Below, piece after piece: positions 55,701-64,000 of a DNA stretch of 64,000 bases. The stretch's first letter is position 1. Every line of letters begins with the position of its first letter. Position numbers and translations under genes: made by a program. The DNA comes from Marsupella aquatica (Eukaryota; Plantae; Marchantiophyta): NCBI GenBank assembly GCA_973895155.1, contig OZ316894.1, forward strand, positions 23,868,709-23,932,708, in the 5' to 3' direction. The notes under the pieces were generated by a model. It saw only the letters and a list, made by a program, of their open reading frames with translations. It had not been told where the DNA came from and ran no database searches.

Positions 55701-57847
55701 CGAGGTGTGGCTGTGGTTGATCCAACAGGCAGTGGAGAGCTTGGGCTTGCGACCGGAAACTGGCAGGTACAATGCTTGTTCTAATTGGCTAAGGTCAGAT
55801 GTCGAATTATTTTATCGTGGTCAGTCTGCCCGAGGGTTTTCTGAAATTTCAGTTTCCTTGCTCAGCTTTTAGTGACACTATTTGCTGCTTTTGAATTGGC
55901 CATCTATCAAAAGGAGAGGGTGTTGTATAGGGCACATTTTGAACCAGTTGTGGAGTCCTGTCCTAGTAGGTTTCTGCTCCTAAGGCAAGATATGTGGTAT
56001 GAATGCAGGGCCAACATAGGCTTTTTGCACCTGGACCGGGCCCTGTGGGTGCTGCTAGTTTTCTCGGCTTTGTCGATGCCAACAAGGAGGCTGGAGGATT
56101 TCAAGACATTGCCCCAAGAGAGATGGCTCGTCCTTCACCTATCAGAACAGTGATTGCCGCTGATTTTGACAACGATGGATATGAAGAACTATTTTTTAAT
56201 AACATTGGTGAGAGCAACCGCTTATTTAGACAGGTAAGGAATCTTTTCATATCGTCAGTAATGGGAGGTTGACACGTTTATGCAGTTGTATTTGAATGAG
56301 CGGCCACAACTGATACTGGTTTACTATATACATTATTGATTTAACATCGATTGTTAAAAACTTCTGTTGGTCACTACCATTAATCTACTCCCGAAAGAAG
56401 AGATTCTTACTGTATAAATCACCTTCAATCCCAATGAAAACGAGGAATACTTATGTAAATGATATGGGTTGACAGGATGGACCAGGAAACTGGGTAGAAG
56501 CAGATATTGGAGAGGCTAAAGAACCCCAAGGGCTCGGGACAGGTGCAGCTGTTGCGGACATTGATGGAGATGGACGACTGGAACTGCTCATGTAGGTTCC
56601 ATCACCATGGTTGTCAATATTTTGTCTATCTCGACATTCAAAAAGGAGAATGATTGACGTTGATTGAGCCAAGATATTTTCGCTTTAGAACAGACAAATC
56701 GTAGTCACCAATAGCATTCTTAAACAATGGGGGGTCAGTTTCTATGGCTTCTTTACTACACGGGCATTTCTGGGCTCTTATTATTAAGATATTGAGTGTA
56801 TTCTATAGCGCTCCTGGCTCAAAACCAGAAGAGATAAAAAGGTATATAGATGTGGACTTTACTTGGCTCTTGTAGGTCTTTCGCTGTAGGTATCGTGCAT
56901 GACATACAGGTTTTTCTGTCTGTGTTTTTGGTTCGGGGATGCAGCGCTCATGGAGAACTGAGGCCGCAGCCTTTGTCCTTGTATCTTCCTCCGAAAAATG
57001 ACAATGCATGGCTCCGTGTGAGGCCTTTGACAAAGCAGGTGGAATTTTTATTTCTCGTATATCTTCTTTCACCGTTTATCGCTGGAATATGCATCTTGTT
57101 CACGCACCGGGGTTAAAATGAAAATCAGGGAGCTCCTGCGAGAGGCGCGACTGTGCAGCTGACAGATTCTGCTGGACGTGTTCAAAAGCGAGCAATTGAC
57201 GCTGGGAGGTAGACACTTATTGATCTTGCAGTGCAGTGCTGTGATCCCTCTATTTGCACCCGATTAAAGGTTTCAAAATGTGATCTCCCGAGACTGTTTA
57301 AGTTATTCTGAGTACAAGGAAATTTCTAGCATGTTTTTGACCAACTGCAGTGTTTTAGTAAATAGCAGTGTTCAATCTTCACTGTTCTTTCTGTGATTGG
57401 TACTGAAGAAAGCATGTTTCCTTGTGCTTCTATGCATATCTCTTGGAAATCTATCGGCATTTGTTACGGCAGTGGCTACCTATGTCAAATGGAGGTCAGC
57501 AACATGTCTTTGGCACTTTCTTGGTGGTTTAATATGGTCTGAGATTCTCAGTGGATGAGTGGAACTTTGGTTCATTGATATCTCACAAAGTTACCTATAA
57601 GATTTAGAATGTAAAGATCCTCTTTGTCTAAACTGCTATCTTTTTGAGATGTTACTTCGTTGCCATTCATTAATTCAAGATGGTGTTATCATTGTGGCAG
57701 CCTGTTGCACATTTCGGACTTGGGCAAGTGAAGGGAGGCGCGAGGATAAGGGTTTCCTGGCCAGATGGTGCTTCAGTTGTTCACGAAAGCGTGTCACCGA
57801 ATGTGTTGCTTACAATTGCACACCCTTCTTCACCCAGACCTATATGA
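52720..57847 (+). CDS. CRTAC1-like FG-GAP repeat protein with C-terminal ASPIC/UnbV domain, 16 exons, N-terminal R/S/T-rich extension
   Basis: Spliced translation is continuous: FTDASHLIHDNPPK|LYYGVCVADLNGDG; AIGVAAGDMDGDGQEE|LYVLNTDTF; AGRSVCCVDRFGSG; FVANYGG; TGGRALV; GPNFLF; PSPIRTVIAADFDNDG.EELFFNNI; EPQGLGTGAAVADIDGDGRLELLIAHGE; WLRVRPLT..GAPARGA; IDAGSGYLCQMEPVAHFGLG..V.WPDG; TGA at 57845-57847. These are hallmark CRTAC-family motifs. Exon 1 (52720-52747) is tentative. Confidence 0.93.
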
Positions 57848-59412
57848 CAACTATAGTTTATTAGAAGATTATACTAGTGTAATACGTGAGAGGGGGAACT
57901 AGGAATAGGAAAGGCATACGAAGCTAGCGATTCGGATTTCGATGAGAATCTGCTATCTTGCCACAAGCCGTGGTCTCAAGAAGGAATGTATTCAACTTCA
58001 CATTACTGACGACGGTGACAATACTCTGACTTTGGGTTTATATTTTGGGTTTCTGACAGTGGTATCTCTCCACTTCTACGGAGAGTTAAGACTGGACTGC
58101 GACATGTCTGAAGATAGGGGCTCATTTGGTTTACGTTCCCTTTGGAGGTTTCTGTCAAATTAAAACGGGCAAAGTAACCTGATTCCCTTGTATACGATAT
58201 TTACGCCTCAACCTTTGTTGCGACATGCAGTTATTAAGTTACGTCTTCTGTTGCCCGTCCTTGTCCTTCAATCGAATTGAACTATGTCCAGAACGACAGT
58301 ATTTTGTTGATCTAGTGACTCCCTTGTTCACCGCAACAAACAGAATCAATGCTGTGATTTTCAACTAATTAGAATACCCATTGTTGAACCCAGACTTTAG
58401 GCTCACTATGGTAGATTTGTAAGGAGCTTCGCCACTCTTAAATGCCTTTACATCCTATTGCTTAGGATACATCATCATGTGTGCTGTGGAGAGGTTATCG
58501 TGGAGAATATCTGCAAATGCTTTGACGTTGAGCTGTTGTACTGAAAGAATTGTGAATAAGTGAACTATTCTCTTTCGAATCTGTCTCCCGTAGAAACATA
58601 AATGTCTCGAATCTGTCTATCTTCAATAGCTTAACAGCTCGAGTATACAAATGCCACGCTCAAATCCGGGAGTAACCGTGAGATTGATATACTGATTTGC
58701 CGGGGGCGTTCCAACAGGCCGGCAAGTCGGTGTGATACGTTTGTAGTGGCAACTTTTTGAATTTCGAAAATGCCCTGTTCTTGTTCATGGAATACAGAAG
58801 TAAAATTCTGATGTTTGTAGCTCTTCCTTCCACTTTGGATCTTGTGTGCAACAAACAACCAGGAGTCGAAGAGAGTCTTCTCGTCTGGTACAATGATTAA
58901 ATGAACCTCACCTTGCCACCAATAGCAACTTGCCTCCAGAGCTTGTTTTAATTGGTATTGAAATACTTGATGCCATTGGCCCTCTCGAGAAACTTGTCAG
59001 AAGTACACAACGCACTAAATGACTCATCTGGCCTTGCACTTGCAATAGGCCGTTGTAAACTACATTAGATGAACTGGTCTCGCATTGGCTGCCAAAGAAC
59101 GATGTGCACATAGAATTAGATACAATTTGACCACACCCAGGTAAACAGGGTGGACAACGGTTTGAAGAAACAGTCAACGTACTGGCAGATCTCCTTGGTA
59201 CTTTCCTTTTGATATAGATCTTTCCATCCCTGTGCATCGTTACACCAATCCCCGTCAGAACCTTGGACGGCATTAGTATTTCTACGCATGGGAAGGAGTG
59301 CTAGAGACCTGACACCAGCATGACGTAGAAGTTCACTTGAGAAAGTAGACTCATCTTCTGTTTGCATGTAAGGGACAATTGATGCATGAACACAACGACA
59401 TGTGAAGGAACT

Positions 59413-62400
59413 TTAGGAAGCACATTGCACCTGGAACTGGTCACCCCAATCGTCAGCTGTCACGTCTATCTCATATGAGAATCGTGCTGACACTGCATTC
59501 AGGAGAGTTCGATTAGCATGTCGCAACTTCCACTTGCATCCGTGGGACTTCAGATTGGTCTGGATCACATGGCTAGCGCCTGTCACCGTGTATGGGCCCA
59601 GGGACGTGGAACCAAGAGGCCAAGATAGACCCCCCTCCGCTTTTACATCATAGACAGCTTTGTCTACGATTGTTTGGAGCGCACTCATGTCTCCCTGCAT
59701 AAATGACCGTGTCAAGAGTGCCCCTAACATGCACTCAACAAAGAGAAGATGACAATGTCCAGAGCTTAAAACTTTGCATGGTGGGTGGGGATTTTCAATG
59801 CCTTTTTTGTTCTGGGTACCAACACATGATCACAACCACGTTGTAACAACATTACCCCGTTTCATTTTGCATATATGAACGATCCACACAAGCAAATTCT
59901 ACGCGTATTGAAATAATATGCCATCCATACTTTGAACTCTTGCCGTGTAGTAAGAATGAGCCTCAAATCCAGTTCCTGCTCCATGCAAGCAAAATCGGCC
60001 ACCATGTGTCTCAAGGGTTCTATCCTAACCTGCAACGGACATTCAAGTCCAAAATTAGATTATTTTTACTTTGCTGCCAGGACATTCAATGAAAATAAAT
60101 ATCTGTGTCATGGGGAGCTTTTCATGGGGAACTTTTCATCATTGAGAACTTCTCATTAGATGTTTTCACAGAGTAACAAGTTGCTCGCGGTGTCCTCCCA
60201 AGCATGATTTTAGATCCAACTAGGAGGAAAAGGGAACTAGCAATCCGCGATAGCAGCAACTTGCCTGTGACGAAACACGGTTGAACCCAACCAACAGAAC
60301 AGCATCTGTATTTACAACATGCAAGTAATGATTCTAAAACATTGAAATCAAGTTTATCATGTATGCGTCGGTATCGAAAACTAATTCTTACCTTGCAAAG
60401 AGTCAATCGCGGTCCATCTGACGTAAGCCTTCGTTTGCATGTACAGATCAAGGAATGTCTGGGTTGTGTGGCATCCGCAACCTGTTAAGGTAGCCAAGAA
60501 AATACACGGACTTATGTCCTGGACAGCCAAACCATGTCCCAATTTACTGATGGTGTTTGCTGCGCCCCTACGGACTATCCACGAAGCAATTATACTAATA
60601 ATTTATGACATGGCGCCCCGCATCGGGCTGACATGCTATGATTGAGTTGGACAGAAGATGCATGGAACGCACGTCCAGAAATCAACTCATCGCAAAAGAA
60701 TACACAAGTACGCCACGCAACAAACAAGTGGTAATAAAGCATGTACAATATTTCCCTTTTGCCTACTAGATGACAAACTCTGCATCGGAGCGGATAGAAA
60801 TCATACGTTGGGCAAATATTTGGTCAGCCCGTAGCAAGGGAGGGCCAACTGACCTGGATGATGAACTTCTCCTTGCTTTCAGGCACGAGCCCATTCCCAC
60901 CAACCAAAGCTCTTATTTTTCGAAAAAAATCGTGAGAGACACCCGTATCAAATGTTTTCAGCACTGAATCTTCGTGTTTGGGACCATGCAATGCCTTCTC
61001 TAAACCTTCTGCATCAAACGGTTTGTGAAATGCAAGATTGGACCTGCCACACGTAATCTCCATAAAAATCCTGTCTCCAATAGCGAAGCTTCACATCTTG
61101 GGACATACGGCTACAAAGCCTCGAGTCAGTCTTGAAGTTCCTCAAAGAGTTGGGCAGAGATAATTCACTGTTTGAAAGAATCTGACCTGTTCAGGCGACT
61201 GTGGAAAAGTATCCTGCCAAATCTTAGCCATAGTCTGGGCTTCACTCCAACCCAGAATCGGCTTTCCAAATAGCTCCTTACATAGTCCATTGCCAGAGAC
61301 ATGTCTGCGTAGAGATTGTCAATCACCGAGTCTATCACTTCATGCGCAGACAAAGTCTTGGCAGGACAGTGTTTCTCAGTGGCATGAGTGTAGAGCTCTG
61401 CACTCCTTTCTCGAATTTCTGGAAAACATATAAAAAATAGAGTAAACCGTCATTGAGAATTCCTGTCTAGTATATAGATCCACTCAACCCGACAAATCGA
61501 AGCGCGACCATTTCGGAATCTGTAATGGAGTTCAGTTGACGTTATTCCTCGTTCTTATTTGGTTAAGCATCTGACCAGAATGTTGAGTGCCTGAGAATTG
61601 GTGCCTGATCAATCCGATTTTCTCAAGTTTACAGCATGAAGTCGTAGTTCATGCCCTGGAAACCCGATTTGAAGAACATACTGAATTTCCAAATCAAAAA
61701 CCTCGTGCCCTGGCCGGCGAGTTCGTTGCACATAGAGAACAAATGGGCAATAACAACGCATCTGCCGAATACGGGGTCGAATATGAAAGCAACGACTTAT
61801 CTAAGTGCTTGCAGACAGGTGCACCACAAAAGTCAATAATTGGTCAAACAGCCCCACAAGGCCAGTCTTAAATAGACACTACATAGGGAATCAAGTGAAA
61901 TTCATGGTGCAAATAAACCATTCCGACAACGCTCTAGATCCGTTGCGATTGCGGCAAATGCTCTTTACGCAGCATAGTATCTAGAATCTTAAATTGTACA
62001 TAGAAGTGAAAAGTAATGACAGCAAAAACATGCGGAGGAAAACTAATTTTGTATCGGGGCTCAGGAGTATCAAGCTCCATTGTAAGCAAGAGCACAGTGG
62101 TGCGGTACTTCAAAACTATTTTAAGTATCACTGGCTCACAACTTGTGCAATGCACAGAGCGCAAAAGATGTCGCATAAATTATATCGCTGCTTGAAAAAA
62201 GTCATTATGTAAAAGATGTGGTTGCTTAAAAGATGCCATTAAGCAAACAATACGGCTTAGAACAATATAAAGCACACGAGGAAACCAGAGAACCTACGTC
62301 CAGGAGTGTGGCAGATAGCTAGCGTGTACGTCCTCTCCCCGGACAAGTGGGCCAAGCTGGTTTCCGAGACGGGCTCAAATTTGAGGAGCGTCGTCGACCA

Positions 62401-62733
62401 TGAGACCCCCGGATCCAGAGACGCTACAAAGGCACGTCGAATGCTCAACTCAGCGTATCGAACGTACAGTTGTGGTTTGCGACTGATGTGTATCCCCATT
62501 TCTGCATGGTGATACGGCTGGTGATGATGACGCTGTTGCTCCCATCTGTTGGCGTTGTTGCTGCCAGGACCATAGGAGGAATGGTTAAGAGAGTGTGGTT
62601 TTGATCTCGGTACTAATGCAGGGCGACCCGAGATGCCTGAAGCCGGAAGCGAATTCCAGGCCCCTTTCCTTGAATGTGGATGACTGTAGCCAGTCTGCTG
62701 CTGCGGCCTCCTCTGGGCATCCGTGTAAGACAT
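59413..62733 (-). CDS. Conserved uncharacterised plant protein (resembles the DUF7903-type family, from memory), multi-exon; 3' end unresolved, possibly extending to ~58455
   Basis: Exon fragments LKFEPVS..SL....GER; VKPRLWLRFGRILF; KTFDTGV; KEKFIIQV; ICTCK; VRIEPLRHMVADFAC....LDLRLIL; AVYD...EGGLSWPLG, with GT-AG boundaries. Confidence 0.65.
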
Positions 62734-64000
62734 TGTCGCCCTCTAATAGACACAGTCCTGGCGGGATGGGTCAGGGATAGAAACTGCGTTGGGGAAAGAA
62801 TCAACCCTCCACTTCAGTTTCCGTTACACACAAACTTCGGGAGACCCCCGTGTCTCCTCGAGGCATCAAGAATTGATCTGTGCCATGCACAGCTGCACAA
62901 GTCGGTTGGCAGCTCGAGCTGCTGATCTTCTTGCGCATACCTGCTGAAACTTGATGCACTTAAAACATTCATGTGAAACGATCGTTTGCGAAAGAAAGGG
63001 CCGTGATTCTTGCTATCTGTGCGGGTAGCTAGGTTCATCAGATGATGACACAAATGAATATGCTACCCTGCCAAGCTGACCTGCCATCACGCCTTGGCTC
63101 TCGGGAACAAATGGCATATTAATTGTGTCATCATCTGATGTTCGAGTTTACCAGCCTCCCTCAACCCATCTGTTAGAAGTAGAAACAAACCCTCCCTCAT
63201 CGGTCCTATGCTAGCGAGCCATCAGCCCTGACGTCCGCAATCCACTCACGCCACGCGCATCGTCGCAATTGTTCAGATCTATTTCGGGACGTAATTATCG
63301 TCCCGTGAGTCAGAGCGAGGCATGCATAATTCCGCCGTCCAGAGTCCAGATGTTTTCTGCGAATTCCCCGCTAAATCCAAGACTTGGAGATCCACTCCCG
63401 CGCGAGCAGCAGTCTATCGTCGAAGGGATTCCTTCCGCTCAAACCATAGCGCCCCTCCTCACATTCCAGGAAAACAACTGGACTTCGGTTTGTAGCACTT
63501 CCCGCAATCATGATGGTGTCGTCAATAACAAGCCCGTGACCATTCTGCGGATGAGGATTCTCTCCCAATTCCAATCCCACGGCCGTGACGTACACAATTG
63601 GGGATGAAGTAGTAATTGCGCGCAATCCACAAAACTGGCAACCGACATCATCTGAAACATGCGATCGCGAGTGTGATGATCGATCGAGTCCAAACAAAGC
63701 TCAACCCTCGGAGTGGCATTTCTCAGAGATCTCTTTGTTCTTGTCCGTTGCCTGAAAGTTGCAATCGCGAGCGATGAGTCCACCAAAACGTAACCCTCGG
63801 AGTCGCATCGCATCTCTCTGAGATCTCGTTCCTCTCCTCGCTTCTCCTCCGTCTCCATCTCCGCCACCACATGGGAGCTGTGCTTTCTTGGTAGACAAGG
63901 CTACAGCAGGCGACGGACGTGAATTGCATGGGTCATCAACTCTTCAGCTCTCTCTTCAGTCGAGCGTTTTCTTTAGTGACGAAAAAACAATTACCCAAAT

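Noticed and set aside
63269-63929. Several overlapping ORFs at the window end
   Set aside because: GC/CT-rich promoter or 5'-UTR-like sequence upstream of the minus-strand gene, with no domain evidence.

Overview
Eukaryotic nuclear DNA with spliceosomal introns and TTTAGGG motifs, most likely from a land plant; a non-seed plant such as a bryophyte is my guess. The left half (1-35.3 kb) is a nest of transposons. It holds a decayed SNF2-RING helicase gene preceded by a transposon-type domain and hit by a MITE, and a putative ~4.3-kb minus-strand LTR remnant carrying an antisense ~810-aa ORF flanked by TTACG arrays. Inserted in that remnant is a complete 13,128-bp non-chromovirus Ty3/gypsy element (8414-21541; 1,867-bp LTRs, ACTTG TSD, tRNA-Arg-type PBS). 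A 5'-truncated CACTA element and a minisatellite patchwork follow. The right half (36-64 kb) holds host genes: a MYST histone acetyltransferase, a frameshifted P-type PPR gene, a 16-exon CRTAC1/ASPIC-UnbV FG-GAP gene with a transit-peptide-like leader, and an uncharacterised plant-family gene. The most unusual signal is an RPA70-C-like zinc/OB-fold ORF inside the U3 region of the gypsy LTR. The same element also has a ~1,000-aa extension fused after integrase, which contains a domain that appears three times in the window in three different mobile contexts. All family assignments were made by eye from motifs; no searches were run.
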